Source of the DNA: a virus
Taxonomy: Duplodnaviria > Heunggongvirae > Uroviricota > Caudoviricetes
IMG/VR virus record: IMGVR_UViG_3300045988_158394
Strand: one strand, 5' to 3'
DNA: 64,000 nucleotides
A program made the translations under genes and the position numbers. Positions 42,036 through 52,129 of the stretch are shown here, piece after piece. Positions within the stretch are counted from its first letter, which is position 1; the number at the start of each line of letters is the position of its first letter. The notes beneath the pieces were generated by a model that worked only from the letters and a program-made list of their open reading frames with translations, did not search any database and was not told the origin of the DNA.

Positions 42036-42614
42036 GTGTTGCGCTTTACTGAGGAAGAGTTTCAGGCTTTTAGTGAGCGTCGAAATAAGGGGCGGTCCAG
42101 GCCAAAAACCAAAAAGGATCCATTCTTATCGCTTGCGCCGGTAAAAGAAGTTTCTCCACATGCGAAGGCACTTGCAGCACTTGCAAAGAACCCAGACCTG
42201 CGCGACGGAAATTGCGAGCACTTCGAGCAGGTTTTCATTTTTGATTACTTCGAACGCAAGCACCCTGACATCTATGAGCTGTTGCATGCAACGCCTAACG
42301 GAGGGAAACGTTCAAAAGCAACCGCCGGGAAAATGAAGGCTGAAGGGCAGAAAAAAGGTTATCCGGACATGAGTCTCGATAAAGCATGCGGTATTTATCA
42401 CGGCATGCGAATTGAGCTTAAAGAACCAAATGGTAAAGCCCCGACGAAAGAGCAGATCGCCTGGATGCGCAGGCTTAGAGAGGAAGGTTACTACGTCGTT
42501 CTTGCGTATGGTGCAGAACAAGCGATAACCGCCATCCTGGAATACATAAGCCTTAAAAAGGGTGAGGCTATTGAGCATGTATTGAACGGCGACAAGTGGT
42601 TGTATGCTGCTTAA
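42036..42614 (+). CDS. VRR-NUC-like nuclease domain protein
   Basis: 192 aa; GTG start; C-terminal region (GYPDMSL...GMRIELKEPNGK...QIAWMRRLREEGYYVVLAYG) resembles VRR-NUC (PD-(D/E)xK). Confidence 0.5.
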   Translation: MLRFTEEEFQAFSERRNKGRSRPKTKKDPFLSLAPVKEVSPHAKALAALAKNPDLRDGNCEHFEQVFIFDYFERKHPDIYELLHATPNGGKRSKATAGKMKAEGQKKGYPDMSLDKACGIYHGMRIELKEPNGKAPTKEQIAWMRRLREEGYYVVLAYGAEQAITAILEYISLKKGEAIEHVLNGDKWLYAA

Positions 42615-42810
42615 AATAATAAATTAATTAGTACATATGCGCCATTTGATATAGCGCACATTAACATCGGGAGAATAATCGTGTCATCCAAGGCTAATTA
42701 TGAATCGCTGGCATCGATCATGCCGCGTAATGAACAGGAAACAGATGCTGTAGTGGACCCTGTAATCGCTGAAATGAATGCTCGCCTGGAGGCTGAATTT
42801 GCAGCTGAGA

Positions 42811-43440
42811 ATGAACATACCACGCAGGGCGACTAGGACTGTTTTTTGTGTCGGTAGCGGTCCGTCACTCACTCGTGAGGACTGTGCTGCTATAGAAAAA
42901 ACTGGCTGTTCAATCATCGCGGTTAACAATTCCTGGCAGATGTTCGATGACATTTATGCCTTATACGCCGGTGATTTGTCATGGTGGAAGCAATACGGAT
43001 CCACCATACCGGGAGGGAGATTCCGCAAAGTGACAGCCAACCTGGCGGCGGCGAAATCATTTTCGTTGGAGTACAGGCGATATTGTGGACCGGCGGAAGG
43101 GGTAAATAGCGGCGCGCAGGCTATCAGTCTGGCTGCTGAATCAGGGGCTGAAGTAGTGGTATTAGTCGGCTATGACTGTTCTCTGCAAAACGGCCTTCAT
43201 TGGCATGGCGCGCACCCTCAAGCCCTACGGAATCCAACGCAGGTGTCTATTTCAAAATGGCAACAGCAGTTCCTGGATACCCGCAAAAAACACGCAGATT
43301 TACATATTTTGAATGCAAGTAGGAGCAGTGCAATTCAATGTTTCCCAAGAATAAATTTAGAGGCAGTGATCGCGTTATTATCGTCGGCAGTGGCCCAAGC
43401 GCCGCAAACTTTGTTGCGCCGCGCGGAGTGCCGATTATAG
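42811..43440 (+). CDS. DUF115/Maf-like protein (putative glycosyltransferase-like), copy 1
   Basis: VFCVGSGPSL motif followed by IIAVNN; start placed at ATG 42811. Confidence 0.5.
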   Translation: MNIPRRATRTVFCVGSGPSLTREDCAAIEKTGCSIIAVNNSWQMFDDIYALYAGDLSWWKQYGSTIPGGRFRKVTANLAAAKSFSLEYRRYCGPAEGVNSGAQAISLAAESGAEVVVLVGYDCSLQNGLHWHGAHPQALRNPTQVSISKWQQQFLDTRKKHADLHILNASRSSAIQCFPRINLEAVIALLSSAVAQAPQTLLRRAECRL

Positions 43441-43964
43441 CGGTCAATGGGGCCATCGACTGGCTGAACCGCGCTTCTTATTTTTTCACACTTGATCCAT
43501 CGCCAGACAATATGCGGCGCGTTGGTCGTGGCCGCCGTCGCCGTGGTGTTTGTTATTGCATGGCACTACCCGATGTTAAAGAACGTGAAGTCAGAGACGG
43601 CGTTCTGTGCTTCCGTCGTGTGGCTGAACGTGGCATGGAGCCAAAAAATACGAATTCTCCCGAGTGGTGGGCGTGGCGCTGGTCCGCACATTTCGGACTT
43701 TGCGAAGATGAGAATGAAATTGCCAGCGGCAATAGTGCATATGGTGCTCTGAACCTGGCTTTCCATATCGGATTCAAACATGTCGCCCTGGTGGGCGTTG
43801 ACGCTACACAAGAACCACGCGTTCACTCCGGCGGCACGCCAAAAAATCTAAGTCACCTGCCTTTGTTATTCCAGTCTGCGCGTGAACGGATTGACGTTGT
43901 TTCATGCGGGAAAATGGGAGGTATTCCGCAGATGACTCTTAAAGAATGGCTGAAGAATACATGA
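43338..43964 (+). CDS. DUF115/Maf-like protein, copy 2 (paralogue)
   Basis: [10 protein letters not shown]...IIAVNGA; AGGAGCAG RBS; overlaps the previous ORF's 3' end. Confidence 0.5.
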   Translation: MFPKNKFRGSDRVIIVGSGPSAANFVAPRGVPIIAVNGAIDWLNRASYFFTLDPSPDNMRRVGRGRRRRGVCYCMALPDVKEREVRDGVLCFRRVAERGMEPKNTNSPEWWAWRWSAHFGLCEDENEIASGNSAYGALNLAFHIGFKHVALVGVDATQEPRVHSGGTPKNLSHLPLLFQSARERIDVVSCGKMGGIPQMTLKEWLKNT

Positions 43965-44638
43965 TGGCACCAACAATTTATCACCGTATCGACGGTACCA
44001 AATACAGGAATATCTGGGTTGTTGGTGATCTGCATGGTTGCTACACCAGACTGATGTCCGAACTCCATCGTGTGGATTTTGACCCAGCGCAGGATTTACT
44101 GATATCGGTCGGCGACCTTATCGATCGCGGTACTGAAAATGTCGAATGTCTGGAACTATTGCAGATGCCTTGGTTCAGGGCAGTGATGGGGAACCATGAG
44201 CGGCTGATGATTGATGCGTTAAGTCCTGATGGCAACGTGAATAACTGGCTAATGAATGGCGGACAATGGTTCTTCATGCTGGACACTGATCAGGAAATAT
44301 TAGCCAGGGCGCTGGTGGAGCTGGTAAAGCGTCTGCCCTATATCATTGAGTTGAACACCGGGCAAGAAACTATCGTTATAGCCCATGCCGACTATCCGGA
44401 TAATGAATACCAATTCGGTAAGGAGGTGCCGCTTTTCAACGTTGTCTGGGCGCGCGAGCGTATCAGTGATTCGATGGATGATATTGGTGGCGAAATTTCG
44501 GGCGCAGATCGTTTTATCTTTGGTCACACTCCGGTGAAAAGCCCGAAGACATTCTGGAATCAGCAGTATATCGACACTGGTGCCGTATTTTGCGGAAACC
44601 TGACATTGATGAAAGTGAAAGGTGATGGTGCAGCATGA
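43946..44638 (+). CDS. Ser/Thr protein phosphatase (lambda PPase-like metallophosphatase)
   Basis: GDLHG, GDLIDRG and GNHE metallophosphoesterase motifs. Confidence 0.8.
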   Translation: MAEEYMMAPTIYHRIDGTKYRNIWVVGDLHGCYTRLMSELHRVDFDPAQDLLISVGDLIDRGTENVECLELLQMPWFRAVMGNHERLMIDALSPDGNVNNWLMNGGQWFFMLDTDQEILARALVELVKRLPYIIELNTGQETIVIAHADYPDNEYQFGKEVPLFNVVWARERISDSMDDIGGEISGADRFIFGHTPVKSPKTFWNQQYIDTGAVFCGNLTLMKVKGDGAA

Positions 44639-45336
44639 AGATTGCTTTAGTTCTTCGCTCTGGTGGTGACTATAACGCTTCCGATGTGCAGTGGCTGGTT
44701 AATCAACTGCCAAAAGGCTATGAAATTATTTGCCTGACAGACCTGAAGCGTTTACATGTACCTGGCGTCAAAGTTGTCCCATTGATCAACCAGTGGCAAA
44801 AGTGCCGTGGCTGGTGGGCGAAAATCGAGTTGTTCCGACCGGATATAACCGATGATCTGTTCTATCTGGATTTGGACACGGTTATTGCCGGTGATATACG
44901 CCCAATCCTTGAGAATCCACCAACCTGCTTCACCATGCTTAGGGATTTTTACCATCCACAATATCGTGGTAGCGGTGCCCTGTGGATACCAAATAGTGTA
45001 AAAGCACATATCTGGAGTTCATTCTGGCAAGATCCGGAAGGTTGGATTGCTCGTTGTGTCACTACTGAGTGCTGGGGTGATCAGGGGTTCTTACGGAAGG
45101 TTATGGGCGATGATACACCAGCATTTCAGGATCTGTATCCAGGATGGTTTGTAAGTTACAAGGCCGATGTTGTGGAACCTGGTTCAAAATATGCGAGCGC
45201 GCGTTACTCCAGGGGGAATGGGGCATTACCAAAGGACTGCCGAATAATCTTTTTCCACGGCAAACCGCGGCCTCGCGAAGTGTCAGAGGATTGGCTTCCC
45301 CTCATTAGCTCGTTTTTTGAGCGAGAATCAGAATAA
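44635..45336 (+). CDS. Putative glycosyltransferase (DxD motif)
   Basis: 233 aa with [12 protein letters not shown] resembling GT-A fold DxD glycosyltransferases. Confidence 0.4.
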   Translation: MKIALVLRSGGDYNASDVQWLVNQLPKGYEIICLTDLKRLHVPGVKVVPLINQWQKCRGWWAKIELFRPDITDDLFYLDLDTVIAGDIRPILENPPTCFTMLRDFYHPQYRGSGALWIPNSVKAHIWSSFWQDPEGWIARCVTTECWGDQGFLRKVMGDDTPAFQDLYPGWFVSYKADVVEPGSKYASARYSRGNGALPKDCRIIFFHGKPRPREVSEDWLPLISSFFERESE

Positions 45337-45337
45337 T

Positions 45338-45404
45338 ATTGCTCTAATAATTCCATATTTTTAAAACGTGATGTACACTCATCACGTTTTTTATTAGAGC
45401 AATC
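45338..45404. promoter_or_regulatory. Paired inverted C1-operator-like sites flanking a perfect 11-bp hairpin
   Basis: ATTGCTCTAATAATTCC (plus) and GATTGCTCTAATAAAAAA (minus) bracket AAAACGTGATG-TACACT-CATCACGTTTT. Confidence 0.6.
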
Positions 45405-45417
45405 TATAAGGTGCACT

Positions 45418-45636
45418 ATGTGGCCATTCCGACGGAAATATCACTACTGGCTGATCGCCTTTGTTACGCCGACCGGCGGTATCAGGCATGTCATCACCAG
45501 GTATCGCAACAAGAGACTCACCTTAGCCAGAATTTTACAGGCTGCCATAGGTGAGGGACTGGATACAAATTGCGTAGTCCTTCCACCTTCATACTTAGGA
45601 AAAATGACCGAAGCACAAGCTAATACGGAACTTTGA
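45418..45636 (+). CDS. Hypothetical small protein
   Basis: 72-aa ORF following the operator pair. Confidence 0.4.
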   Translation: MWPFRRKYHYWLIAFVTPTGGIRHVITRYRNKRLTLARILQAAIGEGLDTNCVVLPPSYLGKMTEAQANTEL

Positions 45637-45637
45637 A

Positions 45638-46900
45638 ATGAGCACTTCAGCACAAAACCAATCAATCGAAAATGTTTCTATCCCTGATGTCCTGAATGCC
45701 GGTATCCCGGCCATTATCCAGAACATCCGAGCCGCGCAACGCCGCGTTAGTTGTGATGACCTCACAGCGCGTTTTTTTGATAATGCGGTTCAGTCAGCGG
45801 AGATGCTTCACGCACAGCTTATTGATGTTTATAACGCAGAAGCTGATAGCCATAACTCCCTGGTAGATGCAGCTGAAAATATGCAGTTGGATCTCGGTCT
45901 GAAGGGTAAAGAAATTGAAGAGCTTCAGCTGGAAATTGAACATTTGAAACGCCAGCAACAGGACGCGATCGAAGATGCGACGCATGACGCCAACCAGCGT
46001 GCTGATAATGCCGAACGTATAAGCATTGAGCTGGAAACAAAACTCAATGAAATGACCGCGATGGTTGTGCTGCGGAACTCACAGATTTCAACTCTAAAAT
46101 CTCAATATAAAGAGATCATGAAACTTGATCCTTTTAACCTTGAGAAACGCTATAACAAAGCCAAAAGCGAGCGACAGGAACTGCGTAAGCAGATTGTCGA
46201 CCTTAACCAACAGCTCAAAAAGGCTATTAAAGATGCAAGCGAGGCGCGCGTGGCATTTGCTAATAAAAAAGCAGAGGTTACCGAGCTGGTTAATGAAAAC
46301 GCCAAATTTGCGACGCTCAAGAAGGAAATGTATGGCATTACTGAGCGCCGTTTCCCTGCAAGCAAACTCCATCCGACGTTAGGGCAAATCTCATTCTTCC
46401 CGCGCCTCCTGGCTTATGGGATCTCATCGCCTAAAGAGTTCAATAACGAGCGTCCTTATATCGTTTCTAAGCTGGACTTTGCTTATCAGTTCTGCTGCGA
46501 CATGGGCTATGCCATTGATATACGTATCAACGAATGGTTGATGCCAAACTTCCAGCCGTTGGCCATTTTCCGCGAGTTCCAGCCGGAAGGTTGGGTAGAG
46601 TTCTTCCATGAAATGATCTGTAAAGAGATGGAAAGCCGCCGCCCGGAACTGGTCCGCCGTGTCGAGTGGGCGCAAGAGGTTATGTTGGCAGATGCAGAGC
46701 TACCGTTCGAACCGGAATTCATTGATGAACTGGCCAATAAAGGGCTGCATACCCTGTTTGATGTGGTTACCCGCCGTCATGAGCAGTTGGTTGTCGAATT
46801 GGGTTTAGAGGAAACAGCGGCAAGAAGACTTCTCGATGTTTGCTATGCACGTAGCGATGCATGGGAAAAAGAGAACGGCGGCACTATTTACGTTCGCTGA
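45638..46900 (+). CDS. Coiled-coil protein (hypothetical)
   Basis: 420 aa; N-terminal half heptad-rich (EELQLEIEHLKRQQQ...). Confidence 0.5.
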   Translation: MSTSAQNQSIENVSIPDVLNAGIPAIIQNIRAAQRRVSCDDLTARFFDNAVQSAEMLHAQLIDVYNAEADSHNSLVDAAENMQLDLGLKGKEIEELQLEIEHLKRQQQDAIEDATHDANQRADNAERISIELETKLNEMTAMVVLRNSQISTLKSQYKEIMKLDPFNLEKRYNKAKSERQELRKQIVDLNQQLKKAIKDASEARVAFANKKAEVTELVNENAKFATLKKEMYGITERRFPASKLHPTLGQISFFPRLLAYGISSPKEFNNERPYIVSKLDFAYQFCCDMGYAIDIRINEWLMPNFQPLAIFREFQPEGWVEFFHEMICKEMESRRPELVRRVEWAQEVMLADAELPFEPEFIDELANKGLHTLFDVVTRRHEQLVVELGLEETAARRLLDVCYARSDAWEKENGGTIYVR

Positions 46901-46922
46901 TAGTTACAGTGTCACTTTTAAT

Positions 46923-46955
46923 GCTGGTGGAGTGCGTCCCACCAGCATTTTTTTC
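46923..46955 (+). terminator. Rho-independent terminator
   Basis: GCTGGTGG-AGTGCGTC-CCACCAGC followed by ATTTTTTT. Confidence 0.65.
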
Positions 46956-46973
46956 GTCCAATGAGGAGGGCAT

Positions 46974-47480
46974 TTGAGTATTTTCAATAAACACGCACAC
47001 CAGGAACGTCCGTATATCGTCATAGTCGATATTGATGGGACGATATCAGAGGCAACGGAAGACAGGCTGCATTTGCTTCCACCACCTGGCAAAGGTGCAT
47101 TAACAGAGCACTGGAACGAGTTTAACCTTGCCTGTGACACTGATGCTCCCATCACTCCAGTTATTGATATGGTGCGCCAGTTATTTAACGTTTACACGGT
47201 CTGGTTTGTAACCGGGCGCTGTGAGATAGCCAGGGATAAAACACGAGCCTGGTTGCGTAAGCACGTAACAAACGGGGCTGAGCCTTTGCTATCTATGCGT
47301 CCTGCCACCGATGACAGAAATGACGGCCCAGCAAAGATTGCTCTCCTTAAGAAAATTGGTCTAAGTAAAATCGCGTTCGCGCTGGAAGATAAGATTGAAG
47401 TGGCGCGTGTTTTCAGGAGTCACGGCGTACTTACGTTAATGGTCAGGGAGTATGAAAACGCGCTTCTCCATCAACAGTAA
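46974..47480 (+). CDS. HAD-family phosphatase (DxDGT motif)
   Basis: TTG start after GAGGAGGG; IVIVDIDGTIS HAD motif I. Confidence 0.55.
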   Translation: MSIFNKHAHQERPYIVIVDIDGTISEATEDRLHLLPPPGKGALTEHWNEFNLACDTDAPITPVIDMVRQLFNVYTVWFVTGRCEIARDKTRAWLRKHVTNGAEPLLSMRPATDDRNDGPAKIALLKKIGLSKIAFALEDKIEVARVFRSHGVLTLMVREYENALLHQQ

Positions 47481-47496
47481 TTGCTCTAATAAATCT
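47480..47496 (+). promoter_or_regulatory. C1-repressor operator (16/17) abutting the phosphatase stop
   Basis: ATTGCTCTAATAAATCT begins at the last base of the stop codon. Confidence 0.6.
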
Positions 47497-47674
47497 TGAT
47501 TTTTAAAACAGAGAAAGTGAAAATAAAAACATGCCGCAAGGCGCGGCATGTATCCAATCAATCACAGGAGCTGAAAATATGAACACGGCATTCAAAATCA
47601 TTATGGCCGCGATCTATTTCTGGCTGTTCTCTATCACTTTTGGCGGCATCGTCGCGCATGGGTAAGGGGGATGC

Positions 47675-48400
47675 ATGAAAGGCGAAGTGAAAGAGCGCGG
47701 CATGATTTTCAACGATGAGATGGTCCGAGCCATCCTCGAAGGAAGGAAAACGCAGACGCGGCGGATAATGAAAAATCAGCCTGCGGAAGTTGGTCCAGAA
47801 GCACCAGTGATGGTTAGGGAAATTGGTGCAGGTTTTCAGTGGTACGGGGCTGATGGTGTAAGCAGTGTTTTCAATTGCCCCTTTGGTATCGTCGGCGATC
47901 GAATTTGGGTTCGTGAAACATGGGCGATATTAGGCAATGAAGATGGTTGCAGTGTGGACTGGAACGACAACCTTTGTCGTGGCGATGAGAAGAACGCAGC
48001 AAGGATTTATCGGGCCAGTTGTGAGCAAAAGCCTGGTGATTACGGTTTATGGTCGATACCCGATGATGCCGACTGGAAACCTCACACTGTGAATGAAAAG
48101 TTTGATGGTGGGTGGCGTCCATCAATTCACATGCCGCGATGGGCATCACGCATCCTGTTGGAAATTACCAACGTGCGCGTTGAGCGGTTGAACAATATCA
48201 GCGAATGCGATGCAAGGGATGAGGGCGTTCCGCCTGCTGGAAGTTTGCTTCCTGATCACCCGGGAACATTCCTTACTCCCAAGGGGGATTTCGCAATGGC
48301 CAAGGTTGCGTTCCAGCGCCTGTGGGAATCCATCTATGGTGAAGAAAGCTGGAACGCTAATCCCTGGGTGTGGGTAATCGAGTTTGAGCGTATTCAGTAG
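47675..48400 (+). CDS. Conserved phage protein (possibly ASCH-like fold)
   Basis: 241 aa; AAGGGGG RBS; motifs MIFNDEMVRAILEGRKTQTRR, IWVRETW, HMPRWASR. Confidence 0.5.
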   Translation: MKGEVKERGMIFNDEMVRAILEGRKTQTRRIMKNQPAEVGPEAPVMVREIGAGFQWYGADGVSSVFNCPFGIVGDRIWVRETWAILGNEDGCSVDWNDNLCRGDEKNAARIYRASCEQKPGDYGLWSIPDDADWKPHTVNEKFDGGWRPSIHMPRWASRILLEITNVRVERLNNISECDARDEGVPPAGSLLPDHPGTFLTPKGDFAMAKVAFQRLWESIYGEESWNANPWVWVIEFERIQ

Positions 48401-48409
48401 GGCGAGCGT

Positions 48410-48631
48410 ATGCAATCTGTTATTTGTGAGGAAGTCGGCCTGAATAAAGCATCCCCAGCAGAGTTAAGAGCAAGTCTCGAAATGGCGCATAGCCTTGCTC
48501 AAATTGGTGTCAGGTTTGTACCAATTCCAGTTGAAACAGATGAAGAATTTCACAGGTTAGCGGCATCGGCAGCACAAAAGCTGGAAATCATGGCAGCGAA
48601 AGTAGAGAAAGCTGAAGGAGCGACAAAATGA
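48410..48631 (+). CDS. Hypothetical protein
   Basis: 73-aa ORF in a tightly packed plus-strand array. Confidence 0.4.
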   Translation: MQSVICEEVGLNKASPAELRASLEMAHSLAQIGVRFVPIPVETDEEFHRLAASAAQKLEIMAAKVEKAEGATK

Positions 48632-48843
48632 GCAAGCCAACCGACGAAGAAATAGTTCGGGTGTTGGAAGAACACGGGCGCTGTATGACTTACGTCGTGA
48701 CCAACTGGCTTAGGGATAAATATCGCACACTCAAAACGGCATACGTTTTGCGTCGTCTAAAGAAACTGGAGTTCGACGGGAAAGTAAAGCGCGTTAACAG
48801 TTCTTATATAAGACAAATTTGCTGGGAGGCATCCAGTGAGTAA
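48628..48843 (+). CDS. Hypothetical protein
   Basis: 71-aa ORF, start overlaps the previous stop. Confidence 0.4.
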   Translation: MSKPTDEEIVRVLEEHGRCMTYVVTNWLRDKYRTLKTAYVLRRLKKLEFDGKVKRVNSSYIRQICWEASSE

Positions 48844-49480
48844 CCGTTTTTACATGATGTGCTTGCGTGAAACTGTGGGTAATAACGCCTCATTCCATTG
48901 CCATAACGGCAATGGTTACAGTTCTGATATCGATCGCGCTCATGTTTACACGCTGGAAGAAGCCCAAAAAGCCTGGAATTGTGGGCGAGATATCGATCAG
49001 CCTGTTTGTGCCGATAGTGTGGATGCAATGGCTGTGTGGCACGTTGATTGCCAGTACATCCCTACAGAAAGCCCGATTGAGTCAGATTGCACTGCGTATG
49101 TGGCCTACAAAAAAGGTAGCTGGAACGGCAACGATGTTTACTGGCTTCAACACGGTGGATTGCCAACAGATGACTTCAGTAAAGCGACCATCTTTAGCGT
49201 CGCCAACAAAAACGAACCAGGAATAGTTTGGTTGCCATTTTCCATTGCTGATGCAGCAAAGCGCCGGACGTTCAATATCAATAACTTTAACCGCAGAACA
49301 ATGGTTCAGGGCGCAGGTTTGGTCATGCCTGACTGGTTGAAAGAGCAGAACAGAAGAAAGAAGTCGCGAAGCGGGAAGGTGCGTTGGAATTGTCCGCATT
49401 GCGGAAAAATAACCTGGCAGTACAGCCCATATGATTTTGAAGGCTGTAGTGATTACAACTGTGAAGGATGGCGAGAATGA
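48836..49480 (+). CDS. Hypothetical protein with C-terminal Cys cluster
   Basis: 214 aa; CPHCGK...CSDYNCEGW at the C-terminus. Confidence 0.45.
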   Translation: MSNRFYMMCLRETVGNNASFHCHNGNGYSSDIDRAHVYTLEEAQKAWNCGRDIDQPVCADSVDAMAVWHVDCQYIPTESPIESDCTAYVAYKKGSWNGNDVYWLQHGGLPTDDFSKATIFSVANKNEPGIVWLPFSIADAAKRRTFNINNFNRRTMVQGAGLVMPDWLKEQNRRKKSRSGKVRWNCPHCGKITWQYSPYDFEGCSDYNCEGWRE

Positions 49481-50157
49481 CAATTGACTATCAGGTACTG
49501 CGTGAGGCGGCAGAAAAGGCAACACCAGACGAATGGGTCGCATTTATTTCGACGGATACTGGTACTTATGCGGTGCACACGCCCGGTGATGAACGATGTG
49601 AAGACGTTATCAAATGGACCGGCTTTGATGGACAGAAAAATGCAGAGAACAACGCTCGTTATGTTGCCGCGTTCAACCCAAAGGTTGCACTGGAGCTGCT
49701 TGGTGAAATTAAGCGCCTGGAGGACACAAATATTGATGCTATGTGCCGAATTGCAGAGCTTGAGACTAATCTCGCGGCGCTGGTGGCGGAGAATGCGGGG
49801 CTTAAGGCCTTCAAAACCGCCGTTTATCAGCAGATGGGCGTCGGATGTGATGCTCCTGAATTCTCCATTACGGTAGGTTTGAGTAACTTACGTCGTTTTG
49901 CTGACACACTCCACGCCATTGAGCGTGAGTTCTTTACCAAAGAGCTACCTGATGAAGAGCACGAAGGCGAAACATTCAATGAATGTCCACTTAGCTGGGG
50001 AATGAGCGTCGAACAGTACGTTTCCGAGTTTCGCAAATGCCTGGCTGAAGTACGGGCGCAGGGCGTGGAGATGTTTGCGGAGTGTGCATACACACTTGAA
50101 CATCATGATCACGCAGTAGCCTTCGCCGCTGAGCTTCGCAAAGGAGGCAACCAGTGA
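49468..50157 (+). CDS. Ead/Ea22-like protein, copy 1
   Basis: N-terminus MTIDYQVLREAAEKATPDEW typical of lambdoid Ea22-like proteins. Confidence 0.5.
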   Translation: MARMTIDYQVLREAAEKATPDEWVAFISTDTGTYAVHTPGDERCEDVIKWTGFDGQKNAENNARYVAAFNPKVALELLGEIKRLEDTNIDAMCRIAELETNLAALVAENAGLKAFKTAVYQQMGVGCDAPEFSITVGLSNLRRFADTLHAIEREFFTKELPDEEHEGETFNECPLSWGMSVEQYVSEFRKCLAEVRAQGVEMFAECAYTLEHHDHAVAFAAELRKGGNQ

Positions 50158-50648
50158 GCGAAATTAATTACCAGGCACTGCGTGAGGTGGCGGAACGTGC
50201 AATTCCAGCAATGGAACGCCTGTTAATGTTGCCAGCTGATGATGACTTGTTAAGTGAACAGGAACTTAAAGATTACGGTGTGGATATTGATGCGCTCAAC
50301 GCCTTCAAATTTCTGGCCGGACCAGAAACCGTGCTGGCACTACTTGATGAACGGGAAGCAGACAAAAAGCGCATTGCAGAACTGGAAGATCGGGAAATAA
50401 AACCAGCCAAAGGTGAAGTTCTTGTCGTTGTTTCTGGTTTTACTGGTTGCGGAAAAAGCGCCATTGCCGGGGAAATAGAAATCGCGATGAAGGCTATTGG
50501 TGTACCGGTTCAGTGGACTAATGGCGATGCGGAAAAGCGCATGACAGGAGCTGACTGGCTGACAGCGATTGAGATGTACAAACCAACAGTGCGCATCGTG
50601 GAAGTTAATGTGCCACGCGCCGCAGGCATTCGCATCAAAGGAGAGTGA
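50154..50648 (+). CDS. Ead/Ea22-like protein, copy 2
   Basis: N-terminus MSEINYQALREVAERA paralogous to the preceding gene. Confidence 0.5.
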   Translation: MSEINYQALREVAERAIPAMERLLMLPADDDLLSEQELKDYGVDIDALNAFKFLAGPETVLALLDEREADKKRIAELEDREIKPAKGEVLVVVSGFTGCGKSAIAGEIEIAMKAIGVPVQWTNGDAEKRMTGADWLTAIEMYKPTVRIVEVNVPRAAGIRIKGE

Positions 50649-50649
50649 T

Positions 50650-50847
50650 ATGGACAAAAACACACCTGCTTACTGGAGTTTATCACTTGATACTGAATGC
50701 CCAAAATGCGGCCACAATTTCGATCTGCTTTGCGATGCTGATTTCTGGGAATTTTCTGGAGCAAAACAGGCATGTGAAGAAATAAAAGATTACGAAACAT
50801 GCTGCCCAGAATGTAACCATGAATTTAAAACAGATTTTGTGTATTGA
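50650..50847 (+). CDS. Small Cys-rich protein
   Basis: Start at ATG 50650; two CxxC pairs (CPKCGH...CCPECNH). Confidence 0.4.
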   Translation: MDKNTPAYWSLSLDTECPKCGHNFDLLCDADFWEFSGAKQACEEIKDYETCCPECNHEFKTDFVY

Positions 50848-50857
50848 GGCATAACGA

Positions 50858-52129
50858 ATGACCACTTTTACTAAAGAACAATTAATAGAGATAATTAAGC
50901 GCAATATAACGGTTATGGATCGTTATCCTGATTTAGTAACTGCACAAATGGATCTGGAAGTATACAAAATCGCGCTGGCATCACTGGAAGCAGAACCAGT
51001 TGCTTATATTTTCAAACATCCGGCCGGGAAATTATTCTGGGCTTTAACGGATGAAAGCAATAAAGAGCAACCGGACGTTATTCCTGTTTATGCCGCCCCT
51101 CCAGTGCCAGTAGTACCTGAAGAAAAACCAATGCCTAACGCTCTAAGCATGCTTGAAAGAGAGATCACACAACTGATTGGTGATGCGCAGGAAGCCACTG
51201 TTACTGGCTATGAGTTAATCGCTGAAGCTTGGCGTTTGATGGATGGACAAGACCCTAAAACCAGCGATTGGCATAGCAAGGCTTCGAAGTATTTAAATTC
51301 CAATATTGTAGAAAAAGTTGATGATGACCGTATTGAGGCTGTTAAGGCTGTTTTGCGTAGACTGGCTGGCAACTCTCCGGTAATTCCAGGTGAGGTGCTG
51401 TCAGCAATTATGAAGGTTGCCAGGGTTCGTGCCGATTTCGATGATTTTGACGGTGACAGGCGAGGTATCGGTGATTGTCTGGATGAGGCTGAGCAAGAGC
51501 TTATCGTTACCATTAACAAATATGCCAGTCAGTTGGCAGCAGAACCGATAGCGACTAATGACGTTCGAGAGCAGCAGACAGCCGTTCCGCCAGTTCCTGT
51601 AATACAGGCTGATGTCGCGCAAGCAATTGAAAATCTCAGGCAGAAGTTAGTGGAATGCAATCGCTATAACTACTGCGCAGATGCAGTTAAGGGCGTAGAG
51701 GATGCCTGCCACGCTGCCATGCTTCAGGGTATCCAACCTGTAAGCCAAACTTACAAGTTTCCAGTTAATACACCTTGCCAGGATGCGCCAGCCCATATCT
51801 GGCTGCAAACAGCTGGAGTATGGCCAGAAGATGGCGAGTTAAGCGAATTAACGTGGTGCAGCCACAATCAGCACCATGATGACACGCTATATGTTCGAGC
51901 TGACTTGGTAAATGGCAATTCTCCGGTAACTCCGGATGGTTGGATAAGCTGTAGTGAGCGAATGCCCGCTCAAGATGATTGGATTTTAATTTATTCAAAG
52001 CACAGTGAGTATATGGCAGGACAGGTGCAAGGGGAATACGTGGAGTTGAGCGACGGCACTTTATCGTGGTTAGGGAACGCCTTGTTCTGGATGCTGCTAC
52101 CAGAACCTCCCCAGGAGGCAGGTCAATGA
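50858..52129 (+). CDS. DUF551-like C-terminal domain protein
   Basis: 423 aa; C-terminus WISCSERMPAQDDWILIY resembles the lambdoid DUF551 domain. Confidence 0.45.
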   Translation: MTTFTKEQLIEIIKRNITVMDRYPDLVTAQMDLEVYKIALASLEAEPVAYIFKHPAGKLFWALTDESNKEQPDVIPVYAAPPVPVVPEEKPMPNALSMLEREITQLIGDAQEATVTGYELIAEAWRLMDGQDPKTSDWHSKASKYLNSNIVEKVDDDRIEAVKAVLRRLAGNSPVIPGEVLSAIMKVARVRADFDDFDGDRRGIGDCLDEAEQELIVTINKYASQLAAEPIATNDVREQQTAVPPVPVIQADVAQAIENLRQKLVECNRYNYCADAVKGVEDACHAAMLQGIQPVSQTYKFPVNTPCQDAPAHIWLQTAGVWPEDGELSELTWCSHNQHHDDTLYVRADLVNGNSPVTPDGWISCSERMPAQDDWILIYSKHSEYMAGQVQGEYVELSDGTLSWLGNALFWMLLPEPPQEAGQ

